A stretch of 64,000 nucleotides of DNA from a virus, in the IMG/VR virus record IMGVR_UViG_3300046777_001606, positions 43,802 through 107,801 of that record; one strand, 5' to 3'. Below, piece after piece: positions 39,314-49,738 of this stretch. The notes below the pieces were generated by a model, which had not been told where the DNA came from, did not search any database, and saw only the letters and a program-made list of their open reading frames with translations. Each line of letters starts with the position of its first letter. Position 1 is the stretch's first letter. Both the position numbers and the translations under genes were made by a program.

Positions 39314-39880
39314 ATGGCTCATAGACCAGTTGGAGCAGGGATTTCTCTATCAACCACAGCAACTGCAGCAGCAACTACTTCTTTTACTGTCCAATCGGAT
39401 GTTTTAAGAGTTGCTGCTGTTACGGCAGGTGCATTTGTAGCTATTGGAACTAATCCAACAGCCACTACTACAGATTATTATGTTCCAGCAGGAACAACAG
39501 CAACTTTAGCATTATCTAAAGGATCAAACAGGGTTGTTGGTATTACTACTGGTACAACTACTATTGTTGATTTTCCAGAAGGAACTCAATGTCCTTTTGG
39601 TGTTGGTGAATTTGTTACTTTATCTACTGGCTCTGCAACACAGTCATATCATAATATTACACATGCTGCAGTTCAATCAGTTGATACAACATCAGGTGTA
39701 AATGGATATCATCAAACTCGTTGCACTCTAAACCATAATAGTAGTGGTGTTGTTACTGCATTTAATGCGGGATTATCTCCAGATGCTGTTTTGAGAACGT
39801 CTCTAAGATTATCAGCCAGAACAGAAGGTGGATCTGGCGTTGTTTATGTTCAACAAGTTCAAATTAGCGGTCAAGCGTAA
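39314..39880 (+). CDS. Conserved hypothetical virion protein
   Basis: 188 aa, Thr/Ala-rich; between gp20 and gp21; GATAAATA at 39281-39288. Confidence 0.7.
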   Translation: MAHRPVGAGISLSTTATAAATTSFTVQSDVLRVAAVTAGAFVAIGTNPTATTTDYYVPAGTTATLALSKGSNRVVGITTGTTTIVDFPEGTQCPFGVGEFVTLSTGSATQSYHNITHAAVQSVDTTSGVNGYHQTRCTLNHNSSGVVTAFNAGLSPDAVLRTSLRLSARTEGGSGVVYVQQVQISGQA

Positions 39881-39881
39881 A

Positions 39882-40532
39882 ATGAAACTAATCACAGAAG
39901 AAATCGAATCAGTAGAATTTATTGTCGAAGAAAACGACGGTAAAAAATCTTTGTATATTGAGGGAATTTTTCTTCAAGGCGATATTAAAAATCGCAATGG
40001 TAGAATGTATCCTATGGAAACTCTCCGCCGCGAGGTTGCCAGATATACTGAGAATCACATTTCTGCAGGCAGAGCACTTGGAGAACTTGGACACCCTGAT
40101 GGTCCAACTGTAAATTTAGATAGAGTATCTCACAAAATTGTTTCCTTAAAAGAAAGTGGATCAAACTTTGTAGGCAAAGCAAAAATTTTGAATACTCCAA
40201 TGGGAAAAATTGCGTCTTCTTTAATTGAAGAAGGTGTAAAGCTTGGTGTTTCTTCTCGTGGTATTGGATCCCTTACAATAAGTCGTGAAGGAGTCAATGT
40301 TGTTGGTAACGACTTTATGCTAGCAACTGCTGCTGATATTGTAGCAGATCCTTCAGCCCCTGATGCTTTTGTTGAAGGAATTATGGAAGGTAAAGAGTGG
40401 GTTTGGGACGGTGGAATACTTAGAGAAAAGTTTGCACAAAAAACATATAAGAGAATTAATACTTTAGTTGATCAAAAAAGACTTGAAGAGCAGAAATTAA
40501 ATCTATTTAATGATTTTCTTTCAAATTTATAA
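39882..40532 (+). CDS. gp21: Prohead protease
   Basis: Start re-called to MKLITEE; NRNGRMYP, ALGELGHP, GVSSRGIGS, DIVADPSAPDAFV. Confidence 0.97.
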   Translation: MKLITEEIESVEFIVEENDGKKSLYIEGIFLQGDIKNRNGRMYPMETLRREVARYTENHISAGRALGELGHPDGPTVNLDRVSHKIVSLKESGSNFVGKAKILNTPMGKIASSLIEEGVKLGVSSRGIGSLTISREGVNVVGNDFMLATAADIVADPSAPDAFVEGIMEGKEWVWDGGILREKFAQKTYKRINTLVDQKRLEEQKLNLFNDFLSNL

Positions 40533-40580
40533 ATTGATAAATAAATATAGATTAAATTAGAGGTTAATCGGAGAGTTCAA

Positions 40581-41723
40581 ATGTCTCGTGGAGATTTACA
40601 AGAAATGGAAGTAGGCACTAAGCAATCCAAAACTGCCGTAAACGCAAATGCTAAGGCTGCAGAATCTGCACCTTCTTTAAGTGGTGCAACCCCAGGACAA
40701 ACTGGTAGTTGGGAAGATCTTGGTGGACCTGATCCTTCAAACTACAAGTCAACCGACGATTCAGCAAAGCTGAAGACTCCTGGCGCAACACTTAAGCAAG
40801 TTAAAGATATTGTGAATAAGGGTGCAAAACCTGCAATGGCTGCTGCGGGAGTTAAGGAAGAGAATGAAGAAGATGATGAACTCTTAGAGGAAACTGAAGA
40901 GAAAGAAGAAGAAATCTTAGAAGCTAAGAAAGAGGAAGAGAAAGAAGAAAAAGAAAAAGACGAAGACGAAGAAGAGGACGAAGAAGAGGAAGTGAAGGAA
41001 GAGTATAGCATCGATGAAGATGTTAACGCTCTTATTGGTAATGAAGATCTTTCAGAAGAGTTTAAAGAAAAGGCAAAGACCATTTTTGAAGCTGCTCTGA
41101 AGTCAAAGGTTAATGAAGTAAAAGAAGCTCTAGAGGCTCAATACGAGCAACAACTTCTTGAAGAAGTTGAATCAATTAAAGAAGAAATTAAGGATCGTTT
41201 AGATTCTTATCTTGAGTATGTTGCAGAAGAGTGGTTTACAGAAAACGCTCTTGCAATTGAGCACGGTCTTAAGACTGAAATGACCGAATCATTCCTCCAA
41301 GGAATGAAAGGTCTTTTTGAAGAACATTATGTATCAATCCCTGAAGATAAATATGATGTACTTGATAGCATGGTACAAAAACTTGATGAAATGGAAGAAA
41401 AACTCAACGAGCAGATTGAGAAAAACATTTCACTCAACAAGCGTCTCGCAGAGTCGGTTGCTGATGGAATTCTAGATCAAGTTTCTGAGGGTCTTGCGGC
41501 TACTCAGAAAGAAAAGCTCGCTTCACTTGCCGAAAGTGTTGAGTTTGAAAGTGAAGAAGAATATCGTGAAAAACTGGAGATGCTGAAGGAATCATATTTC
41601 CCAGCAGGTAAGTCTCCATCCGCTAAAACCGAAAGTCTTTCGGAGCAAGTAGACAGTTCACCAGAATCTATGACTGGTACAATGGCTGCCTACCTGAAGA
41701 CTCTTTCAGCATTTAGCAAATAA
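40581..41723 (+). CDS. gp22: Prohead core scaffold protein
   Basis: Acidic tract, LSEEFKEKAKTIFEAA, YLEYVAEEW; GATAAATA at 40536-40543. Confidence 0.95.
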   Translation: MSRGDLQEMEVGTKQSKTAVNANAKAAESAPSLSGATPGQTGSWEDLGGPDPSNYKSTDDSAKLKTPGATLKQVKDIVNKGAKPAMAAAGVKEENEEDDELLEETEEKEEEILEAKKEEEKEEKEKDEDEEEDEEEEVKEEYSIDEDVNALIGNEDLSEEFKEKAKTIFEAALKSKVNEVKEALEAQYEQQLLEEVESIKEEIKDRLDSYLEYVAEEWFTENALAIEHGLKTEMTESFLQGMKGLFEEHYVSIPEDKYDVLDSMVQKLDEMEEKLNEQIEKNISLNKRLAESVADGILDQVSEGLAATQKEKLASLAESVEFESEEEYREKLEMLKESYFPAGKSPSAKTESLSEQVDSSPESMTGTMAAYLKTLSAFSK

Positions 41724-41777
41724 TTGAATTTAATATAATTCAAACCCAAACAGTCACACTAAAAAAGGTAAACGCAA

Positions 41778-43208
41778 ATGTTCCATTCAGAGCATCTGCA
41801 GGAAAAGTGGGCACCTCTCCTCAACTATGAGGGTCTTGATCCAATCAAAGATTCCCATCGTAGAGCGGTAACCGCCGTCCTGTTAGAAAACCAAGAAAGA
41901 TTTTTAAGAGAGCAATCTGCTTTCGAAAGCACCGGTTCATTCCTGACCGAAGCTCCAACCAACGCAACTAACTCTGGAACCAATCCTGGTTTCTCGGGAA
42001 CAGCTGCTGCTGGTGGTCCTACTGCAGGTTTTGACCCTGTTCTGATCTCACTGATCAGACGTTCAATGCCTAACCTGATCGCCTATGATATTGCAGGCGT
42101 TCAGCCAATGAGCGGTCCTACTGGACTCATCTTCGCAATGCGTTCACGCTACACCAACCAGAGCGGAACCGAGACCTTCTACAACGAAGTTGATTCGGCA
42201 TTCTCCGGTCAAGATTTCGGATTCGACGAAACCGATGGAATGACCGCTGTTAACTCTGGTATGGGTACTACTGCCCAGTCAGGCACCAATCCATCAGTTC
42301 TCAACCCAGTCGGTACTGCTGCATCCAACGGTTATAACGTTGGTCAAGGTATGCGTACTGATGCCGCTGAAGATCTTGACGGCACTACCACCAATGCATT
42401 CAACCAGATGGCTTTCTCGATTGAGAAAGTCACCGTTACTGCAAAGTCAAGAGCTCTGAAAGCTGAGTACTCATTAGAACTCGCTCAAGACCTCAAGGCA
42501 ATCCATGGTCTGAATGCTGAGGCTGAATTAGCAAACATTCTCTCGACCGAGATTCTTGCTGAAATCAACCGCGAAGTTATCAGAACCATCTATAAGGTTG
42601 CTGAGCAAGGTGCTGTCCAAAACACCGCTACCGCTGGTGTATTCGACCTCGACGTTGACTCCAATGGTCGTTGGTCAGTTGAGAAGTTCAAGGGTCTCCT
42701 GTTCCAAATCGAGCGTGATGCTAACGCAATCGCACAAAGAACTCGTCGCGGAAAGGGCAACATCATCCTGTGCTCTGCTGACGTTGCTTCAGCACTGACC
42801 ATGGCTGGTGTTCTCGATTACACCCCTGCACTCAACGCTAACCTCACCGTTGACGACACTGGTAACACCTTCGCTGGTGTTCTGCAAGGTAAGTATCGTG
42901 TTTATATCGATCCTTATGCTGCTAACCTGACCTCTGCTAATGCAGGACCTACAGGTGGTAACCAGTACTACGTTGTTGGTTATAAGGGTTCTTCACCTTA
43001 TGACGCAGGTCTCTTCTACTGCCCATATGTTCCTCTCCAAATGGTACGTGCCGTTGGTGAGAACTCCTTCCAGCCCAAGATTGGCTTCAAGACTCGTTAT
43101 GGTCTTGTTGCTAACCCATTCGCTGAAGGAACCAACCAAGGTCTTGGTGCTCTCACAGTTAACCAAAACCGTTACTACAGAAGAGTTGCTGTTAAGAACC
43201 TCATGTGA
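41778..43208 (+). CDS. gp23: Major capsid protein
   Basis: KWAPLL, DPVLISLIRR, VQPMSGPTGLIFAMR, SRALKAEYS, FQPKIGFKTRYG. Confidence 0.99.
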   Translation: MFHSEHLQEKWAPLLNYEGLDPIKDSHRRAVTAVLLENQERFLREQSAFESTGSFLTEAPTNATNSGTNPGFSGTAAAGGPTAGFDPVLISLIRRSMPNLIAYDIAGVQPMSGPTGLIFAMRSRYTNQSGTETFYNEVDSAFSGQDFGFDETDGMTAVNSGMGTTAQSGTNPSVLNPVGTAASNGYNVGQGMRTDAAEDLDGTTTNAFNQMAFSIEKVTVTAKSRALKAEYSLELAQDLKAIHGLNAEAELANILSTEILAEINREVIRTIYKVAEQGAVQNTATAGVFDLDVDSNGRWSVEKFKGLLFQIERDANAIAQRTRRGKGNIILCSADVASALTMAGVLDYTPALNANLTVDDTGNTFAGVLQGKYRVYIDPYAANLTSANAGPTGGNQYYVVGYKGSSPYDAGLFYCPYVPLQMVRAVGENSFQPKIGFKTRYGLVANPFAEGTNQGLGALTVNQNRYYRRVAVKNLM

Positions 43209-43230
43209 GTCATTCTTTACAGAAATCTTG

Positions 43231-43257
43231 GAGGGTCCCAAAGGACCCTCTTTTTTT
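43231..43257 (+). terminator. Intrinsic terminator after gp23
   Basis: GAGGGTCC-CAAA-GGACCCTC followed by T7. Confidence 0.9.
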
Positions 43258-43275
43258 ATCTAAATAATTAGAAAA

Positions 43276-43839
43276 ATGTCTAGAAATGCATTTAGTAAGC
43301 AAATAGAGAATCGTAATTTTCTATCTCCTCTTGGTTTCAAATTTACTTTGAATAGGGCACCTAAGGTTGCATTCTTTTCAAATTCTGCAAACATACCAGG
43401 ATTAACTCTTGGAGTAACAAGACAACCAAACTATTTGAAAGACATTGAAATTCCTGGGGATAAAATTGAATTTGAAGATTTTAGTCTCAGATTTTTGGTT
43501 GATGAAAATTTAGAAAATTATACGGAGATACAAAACTGGATTCGTGGTCTTGGATATCCAGAAAGTTTACAAGAAATTTATGATTTTCAAAGTCAAGGAG
43601 ATTTGCCGGTAGATTCAAGTTCGCAACCACAACTTAATTTATTCTCAGATGGATCTTTGCAGATTCTCACAAGCAGAGAAAATCCACAGTTTAGAGTGAA
43701 TTTCAAAGATATGTTTCCATATAATCTTTCTTCACTTCAATTTGATGCAACGAGCAATGATATCGAATACTTTACTGCAGAGGTAACTTTCAAGTATACT
43801 ATTTACACTATTACTGATTTGGCTGGAAATAAAATATGA
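43276..43839 (+). CDS. gp3: Tail tube terminator / tail completion protein gp3
   Basis: NFLSPLGFKF, ANIPG, FLVDENLENY; TCTAAATA at 43259-43266. Confidence 0.9.
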   Translation: MSRNAFSKQIENRNFLSPLGFKFTLNRAPKVAFFSNSANIPGLTLGVTRQPNYLKDIEIPGDKIEFEDFSLRFLVDENLENYTEIQNWIRGLGYPESLQEIYDFQSQGDLPVDSSSQPQLNLFSDGSLQILTSRENPQFRVNFKDMFPYNLSSLQFDATSNDIEYFTAEVTFKYTIYTITDLAGNKI

Positions 43840-44273
43840 CGTTTGATCTTGATTTGATTCAATCATTATGGGAAAAAGATTCTCAGATCGATCCAGATAA
43901 TTTACATACAGAATCTTTAAATATACCAACACTACATGCAAAATATTATCAAATATACAACAATATTCTTTTGTTAAAGAAAAAAGCAGAACAGCAAAAG
44001 AGAAATATTAGACATGAACGTTATGAGTATTATACGGGGAAAGCAGATCCAGATGTTTATGTAGAAGATCCTTTTCCAAAGAAAATCAGAGATAAAGAAA
44101 CTCTTCAAAAATATCTTGATGCTGATGAAAAACTTTCTCAAGTCTGTCTCAAAATTGAGTACTATGAAACTATGCTAAATTACTTAGAGAGTATTCTTAA
44201 AGTAATCCAAAATAGGACTTATCAAATTAAGAATGCAATCGAATTTATTAAGTTTCAGGCAGGGTATGGTTGA
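43836..44273 (+). CDS. uvsY: Recombination mediator UvsY
   Basis: ESLNIPTLHAKY, YYTGKA, RTYQIKNAIEF..F.AG. Confidence 0.93.
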   Translation: MTFDLDLIQSLWEKDSQIDPDNLHTESLNIPTLHAKYYQIYNNILLLKKKAEQQKRNIRHERYEYYTGKADPDVYVEDPFPKKIRDKETLQKYLDADEKLSQVCLKIEYYETMLNYLESILKVIQNRTYQIKNAIEFIKFQAGYG

Positions 44274-45738
44274 TACAACAAATTTAGTAATAACCAAGTC
44301 TAATGAGGTTTTTCTTAAAATAAAAACAGAACCTCACATTGAATATGAACTTAGAGATCACTTTAAGTTTGAAGTTCCGAATGCAAAGTTTATGCCTCAA
44401 TATAGGGGAAGAAACTGGAATGGAGAAATTCATTTATTTGATATGAGATCAAAACAAATTTATGTTGGTCTCTTAGATAAGATTGTAAATTTTTGCGAGC
44501 AATATGGTTATTCCTATAAGTTTGAAGATAATAAATTTTATGGGCAACCTTTTGAAATTAATCAAGAAATATCTTTTGAAGGCGTAAAGGACTATATGCA
44601 GTCTATTTGCTCACACACTCCCCGTTCGTATCAAGTAGAGGGAGTATACGATGCATTAAGACATAATCGAAAGCTATTGATATCTCCCACTGCATCAGGC
44701 AAATCTCTGATGATTTATTCGTTAGTAAGATACTATGCAGATAAGAACGAAAAAATACTTTTAGTCGTTCCAACGACAAGTCTTGTAGAACAAATGTATA
44801 AGGATTTTCAGGATTATGGTTGGGATGCGGAGTCATACTGCCACAGAATTTATTCTGGAAGAGAAAAAACAAATGAACATCCCGTAACGATTACTACTTG
44901 GCAATCAGTATACAAATTAGAACGTTCTTTCTTTGAAGATTACAATGTAATTATAGGTGACGAAGCTCATTTATTCAAGAGCAAGTCACTTATAGAAATA
45001 ATGACTAAACTTCATCATGCAAAATATCGTTTTGGTTTTACTGGAACATTAGATGGAACACAAACTCACAAATGGGTTTTGGAAGGACTATTTGGACCAT
45101 CATATAAAGTCACCAGAACTGATGAGTTAATGCGACAAGGACACCTTTCTCAATTGGATATTCAATGCCTTGTTCTTAAACATGCGCCACAAAAATTTGA
45201 AACTTATGAAGATGAGATACAATATTTAATTTCGCACGAACAGAGAAATAATTTTATTAAAAATCTTACTCTAGATTTAAAAGGTAATACTCTTGTTCTT
45301 TTTTCAAGAGTAGAAGCACATGGAGCAATACTCTATGAAAAGATAAATAGTCATAAGCGAAATGATAGAAAAGTATTTTTCGTTCATGGTGGAGTTGATG
45401 CTGAAGAAAGAGAATTAGTTAGAGAGATTACCGAAAGAGAAAACAACGCAATAATTGTTGCGTCCTATGGAACCTTTTCTACTGGTATCAATATTAAAAA
45501 TCTCCATAATGTTATCTTCGCCTCACCTAGCAAATCCAGAATCAGAAATCTTCAAAGCATTGGACGAGTTCTTAGAAAGGGAAAAGACAAAATAAAAGCA
45601 ACACTTTATGATATTGCTGATGATTGTACTTATAATTCTAGAAAAAATTATACTTTAAATCATTTAATAGAAAGAATTAAAATTTATAATGAAGAAAATT
45701 TTAATTATGAAATAACTACAATTCAATTAAAAAAATGA
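44266..45738 (+). CDS. uvsW: RNA-DNA/DNA helicase UvsW
   Basis: SPTASGKS, DEAH, GFTGT, LQSIGRVLR; start re-called to ATG 44266. Confidence 0.96.
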   Translation: MVDTTNLVITKSNEVFLKIKTEPHIEYELRDHFKFEVPNAKFMPQYRGRNWNGEIHLFDMRSKQIYVGLLDKIVNFCEQYGYSYKFEDNKFYGQPFEINQEISFEGVKDYMQSICSHTPRSYQVEGVYDALRHNRKLLISPTASGKSLMIYSLVRYYADKNEKILLVVPTTSLVEQMYKDFQDYGWDAESYCHRIYSGREKTNEHPVTITTWQSVYKLERSFFEDYNVIIGDEAHLFKSKSLIEIMTKLHHAKYRFGFTGTLDGTQTHKWVLEGLFGPSYKVTRTDELMRQGHLSQLDIQCLVLKHAPQKFETYEDEIQYLISHEQRNNFIKNLTLDLKGNTLVLFSRVEAHGAILYEKINSHKRNDRKVFFVHGGVDAEERELVREITERENNAIIVASYGTFSTGINIKNLHNVIFASPSKSRIRNLQSIGRVLRKGKDKIKATLYDIADDCTYNSRKNYTLNHLIERIKIYNEENFNYEITTIQLKK

Positions 45739-46127
45739 TAGAAGAAGATTTTTATGCAACAATTAAATTGAGGACAGGAGAAGAAATCTTCTGCAAAGTT
45801 GCTGCTATGGAAGAAGATGAAAGAACTTTACTATTAATTTCAAATCCAATCATTGTTAATGAAATTAAAAGTAAATATCAAATTGTTGGATATCGAGTTG
45901 AACCTTGGTTAAAAACAACAACAGAGGATCTTCTGGTAATTGATATTAAAGATGTAGTAACAATGAGCGAATCTTCGGATATCGAAATGATCGTAATGTA
46001 TCAAAATTTTGTAAGAAGCTCTCAAAGAAATAGCAAAAGAGAACTTAAGTTGAATAAAGAAATGGGATACATATCAAATGTTAATGATGCTAAAGAGATA
46101 TTAGAGAAGTTATTTAAGAATAGCTAA
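45735..46127 (+). CDS. Conserved hypothetical protein (Sm-like fold candidate)
   Basis: IKLRTGEEIF...PWL motif; usual position between uvsW and gp55. Confidence 0.7.
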   Translation: MIEEDFYATIKLRTGEEIFCKVAAMEEDERTLLLISNPIIVNEIKSKYQIVGYRVEPWLKTTTEDLLVIDIKDVVTMSESSDIEMIVMYQNFVRSSQRNSKRELKLNKEMGYISNVNDAKEILEKLFKNS

Positions 46128-46154
46128 AGTATTATCTTTAAACCCAACAAAGGT

Positions 46155-46183
46155 AGTCTACTCATAATTTCAAAACTTGTCAA
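46155..46183 (-). promoter_or_regulatory. Antisense sigma70-type promoter
   Basis: Minus strand TTGACA (46183-46178), 17 nt spacer, TAGACT (46160-46155). Confidence 0.6.
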
Positions 46184-46206
46184 CTGTTTTGTTCATGTGG
46201 TAAAAT
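46177..46206 (+). promoter_or_regulatory. Sigma70-type promoter for gp55
   Basis: TTGTCA, 18 nt spacer, TAAAAT with extended -10 TGn. Confidence 0.55.
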
Positions 46207-46231
46207 TCATATATATTAATTAGAAAATTTA

Positions 46232-46729
46232 ATGATAACCACAGCAGTTATGACCAAAAGAAAAAGGTCAGAGCATTACGTCAATAATAAGGAATTTCTA
46301 GCAGCTCTAATTAAGTATCGTGAAGATATTGAAATTGCACAAATTCAAGGAAAACCGAAACCACGCATTACAAATTACTTGGGAGAGTGTTTTTTAAAGA
46401 TTGCTACTCATTTATCCTTTAAACCAAATTTTGTAAATTATATGTTTAAGGATGATATGATTTGTGATGGAATTGAAAACTGCGTTCAGTATATTCATAA
46501 CTTTGATCCACAAAAATCCCAAAATCCCTTTGCTTACTTTACTCAAATTATTCACTACGCTTTTCTGAGAAGAATACAAAAGGAAAAGAAACAGTTGGAG
46601 ATCAAAAATAAAATTCTTGAAAAATCTGGATACGATCAAGTGTTTGATGATAACAATACTGTTGACGGATCAAATTATAGCGATTATAATAGCATCAAGG
46701 ATGCTGTACACTCTAAACTTCGCTATTGA
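46232..46729 (+). CDS. gp55: Late transcription sigma factor
   Basis: HYVNNKEF, DMICDGIENC, NPFAYFTQIIHYAFLRRIQKEKKQ. Confidence 0.97.
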   Translation: MITTAVMTKRKRSEHYVNNKEFLAALIKYREDIEIAQIQGKPKPRITNYLGECFLKIATHLSFKPNFVNYMFKDDMICDGIENCVQYIHNFDPQKSQNPFAYFTQIIHYAFLRRIQKEKKQLEIKNKILEKSGYDQVFDDNNTVDGSNYSDYNSIKDAVHSKLRY

Positions 46730-47770
46730 ATGAAAGTTGCAATTATTACTGATCAGCACTTTGGGTGTCGTAAAAATTCAAAACTTTTTCATGAGTATTT
46801 TTTGAAATTTTACAATGATGTGTTTTTTCCAACTCTAGAAAGAGAAGGAATAACCACGGTTATCGATATGGGAGATACTTTCGATAGTCGTAAAGGAATT
46901 GATTTTTCTGCCCTCTCTTGGGCAAAGAATAATTACTATGATCGTCTCCAAGAAATGGGAGTCACAGTTCACACGATTGTTGGTAATCACACTGCTTATT
47001 ATAAAAATACCAATGCGGTCAATTCTGTAAGTTTACTTTTGAAAGAGTATAATAATATTAAAGTTTATTCTGACCCAACAGAGGTTGAGTTAGAAAAATT
47101 AAAAGTGCTGTTTATTCCTTGGATCAACCAAGAAAATCAAGAAAAGACTTTAAATTTGATTAAAAAAACTAAATCTCCAATTGTTATGGGACATTTGGAA
47201 TTAAATGGGTTTTCTGCTTACAGGGGACATGTTATGGACCATGGGATGGAAACTAATATTTTTGATAAATTTAAAAAAGTTTTTTCTGGTCACTATCATA
47301 CTCGTTCTAGTGATGGAAAGATTTTTTACCTAGGGAATCCTTATGAAATTTATTGGAACGATGTGAATGATACTCGTGGATTTCATGTTTTTGATACGGA
47401 GACTCTAGATACAAGTTCTATTAATAATCCATATAAAATTTTTTATAATGTGTATTATGAAGATACAAACTATCAAACTTTTGATTCCCGAGAGTATGAA
47501 GATAAAATTGTTAGAGTAATTGTCCGCAAAAAATCAGATATTAAAAAATTTGAAAAATTTATCGATAAATTATACGCCTCAAATGTAGCAGAATTAAAAG
47601 TTGTTGAAAATTTTGCAATTCAAGAGTCTGAAGAATTTGAAGCATTTGAATCTGAAGATACACTAACTATTTTGAAGAGATACATAGAAGAAGCAGAAGT
47701 AGATTTGGATAAATCAGTTATTCAAAAAATGCTTCAAGAAATCTATCAAGAAGCTTGTGAGTTAGTATAA
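46730..47770 (+). CDS. gp47: Recombination nuclease subunit (Mre11/SbcD-like)
   Basis: TDQHFG, GDTFD, GNH and SGHYH phosphoesterase motifs. Confidence 0.96.
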   Translation: MKVAIITDQHFGCRKNSKLFHEYFLKFYNDVFFPTLEREGITTVIDMGDTFDSRKGIDFSALSWAKNNYYDRLQEMGVTVHTIVGNHTAYYKNTNAVNSVSLLLKEYNNIKVYSDPTEVELEKLKVLFIPWINQENQEKTLNLIKKTKSPIVMGHLELNGFSAYRGHVMDHGMETNIFDKFKKVFSGHYHTRSSDGKIFYLGNPYEIYWNDVNDTRGFHVFDTETLDTSSINNPYKIFYNVYYEDTNYQTFDSREYEDKIVRVIVRKKSDIKKFEKFIDKLYASNVAELKVVENFAIQESEEFEAFESEDTLTILKRYIEEAEVDLDKSVIQKMLQEIYQEACELV

Positions 47771-47771
47771 A

Positions 47772-48041
47772 ATGTTTATTCTTACGGTTGCGGGGAAAGA
47801 AGATGATGGAGCTTATGCTGTAGTTAATTCTGAGGGAGAAAAAATTTTATATCTCTTTCAAGAAGAAGATGACGCAACTAGGTTTGCAATGATGTTAGAA
47901 GATGATGGATATCCTGAAATGCATGTTATTGAAGTAGATAATGATTTAATTCTAAAAACTTGCGAAATGTATAATTGTTGCTATACTGTAATTACTAAGG
48001 ATGATATTGTAGTGCCCCCAAAAGAGTATGACTATATTTGA
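47772..48041 (+). CDS. Hypothetical protein (DUF3110-like)
   Basis: LFQEEDDATRFAMMLE motif; between gp47 and gp46. Confidence 0.65.
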   Translation: MFILTVAGKEDDGAYAVVNSEGEKILYLFQEEDDATRFAMMLEDDGYPEMHVIEVDNDLILKTCEMYNCCYTVITKDDIVVPPKEYDYI

Positions 48042-49737
48042 ATGTGTTCGTTGGAAAAATTTTCTTTCTACCGGAAATCAATTTACTGAAGTTAATTTTC
48101 AAAAAAATAGCACAACTCTCATTATTGGGTCTAATGGTGCTGGAAAAAGTACAATATTAGATGCTCTAACTTTTGCTCTTTTTGGAAAACCATTTAGAAA
48201 AATTAATAAACCGCAACTTATTAATACTACAAATGAAAAAGATTGTGTGGTTGAAGTAGAATTTTCTATTGGAAGTACTTCGTGGAAAGTTGTAAGAGGA
48301 ATTAAGCCAAATATTTTTGAGATTTATAGAAATGGATCCTCACTAGACCAGTCTGCATCTGCAGTTGATCAGCAAAAATGGCTTGAGCAGACTGTTTTAA
48401 AAATGAATTACAAGTCATTTACGCAGATTGTAATACTTGGATCGAGCACGTTTGTGCCTTTTATGCAACTTCCTGCAGCTCACCGTCGTGAAGTTATTGA
48501 AGATCTTCTTGATATTAAAATCTTTTCGTCCATGAATCTTGTTATCAAAGAAAAGATTCGCTCAATAAAGGAAGAAATCAAAACTCTGGAGTTTAAAAAA
48601 GAATCTCTCTCAGAAAAACTCAAGATGCAGCAGAGTTTTATTGAACAATTGGAAAGTCAGGGAAATGCCAAGATAAACGCCAATAAAGAAAAGATTACTA
48701 ATTTAGATAACGAAATTGGCATTTATATGACTGATAATGCATCAATCGAGGAGGGAATTTTTAAATATACCTCAGAGCAGGAAAATGTTATTGGTGCTGG
48801 AGATAAGTTAGTAAAGCTTAACAATCTGAAGGGTAAAATCTCGCAGAAAGTATCTGCTATTACCAAAGAACATAAGTTTTTTACAGAAAATACGGTATGC
48901 CCTACTTGTACTCAAACTATTGAAGAAGAGTTTCGGTTAAATAGAATTGTAGACGCTCAAAATAAGGCAAAGGAACTCCAGAAAGGTTTTAGCGACCTAG
49001 AAGAGACTATAAAATTTGAGCAAGAGAGAGAGCGCCAATTTGTTGCCCTATCTAAGGAGATTACCAGACTCAACAATGAGATTTCTCAAAACAATACTCG
49101 GATATCCCATAACCAGAGACAAATCCGAGATCTTGAATCTGAAATTCAAACTATTACCGAGAACCTTGCAAACAGAAATACTGAACATGAGAAGTTAGAG
49201 TCTTTCAAAGAAAATTTAAAAACAACTTATTCTGAAGTATCAGAAAAGAAAAAGTTAGTAAATTACTACGATTTTACATACGGATTATTAAAGGACGGTG
49301 GAGTTAAAACTAAAATTATCAAGAAGTATCTACCGCTGATAAATCAGCAAGTAAACCGTTATCTTCAGATGATGGATTTTTATATCAATTTTACTCTTGA
49401 TGAGGAGTTTAACGAAACTGTCCAATCACCTATTCATGAAGATTTTTCTTATAGCTCTTTTAGTGAAGGTGAAAAAATGAGAATAGATTTAGCTCTTCTT
49501 TTTACTTGGAGAGAAGTTGCTAGATATAAAAATTCAATTAGCACTAATCTGCTGATCATGGATGAAGTATTTGATTCTTCGCTTGATGGGTTTGGAACTG
49601 ATGAGTTTCTTAAGATTATTCGTTATGTGATTAAGGATGCTAATATCTTTGTGATTTCTCATAAAGATGGTATGCAAGATAAATTTGAGAGTGTTATAAG
49701 ATTTGAAAAGGTTAAAGGATTTAGTCGAATGGTTTAA
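48028..49737 (+). CDS. gp46: Recombination ATPase (Rad50/SbcC-like)
   Basis: GSNGAGKST, CPTC zinc hook, FSEGEK signature, DEVFDSSLD, ISH. Confidence 0.97.
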   Translation: MTIFECVRWKNFLSTGNQFTEVNFQKNSTTLIIGSNGAGKSTILDALTFALFGKPFRKINKPQLINTTNEKDCVVEVEFSIGSTSWKVVRGIKPNIFEIYRNGSSLDQSASAVDQQKWLEQTVLKMNYKSFTQIVILGSSTFVPFMQLPAAHRREVIEDLLDIKIFSSMNLVIKEKIRSIKEEIKTLEFKKESLSEKLKMQQSFIEQLESQGNAKINANKEKITNLDNEIGIYMTDNASIEEGIFKYTSEQENVIGAGDKLVKLNNLKGKISQKVSAITKEHKFFTENTVCPTCTQTIEEEFRLNRIVDAQNKAKELQKGFSDLEETIKFEQERERQFVALSKEITRLNNEISQNNTRISHNQRQIRDLESEIQTITENLANRNTEHEKLESFKENLKTTYSEVSEKKKLVNYYDFTYGLLKDGGVKTKIIKKYLPLINQQVNRYLQMMDFYINFTLDEEFNETVQSPIHEDFSYSSFSEGEKMRIDLALLFTWREVARYKNSISTNLLIMDEVFDSSLDGFGTDEFLKIIRYVIKDANIFVISHKDGMQDKFESVIRFEKVKGFSRMV

Positions 49738-49738
49738 A

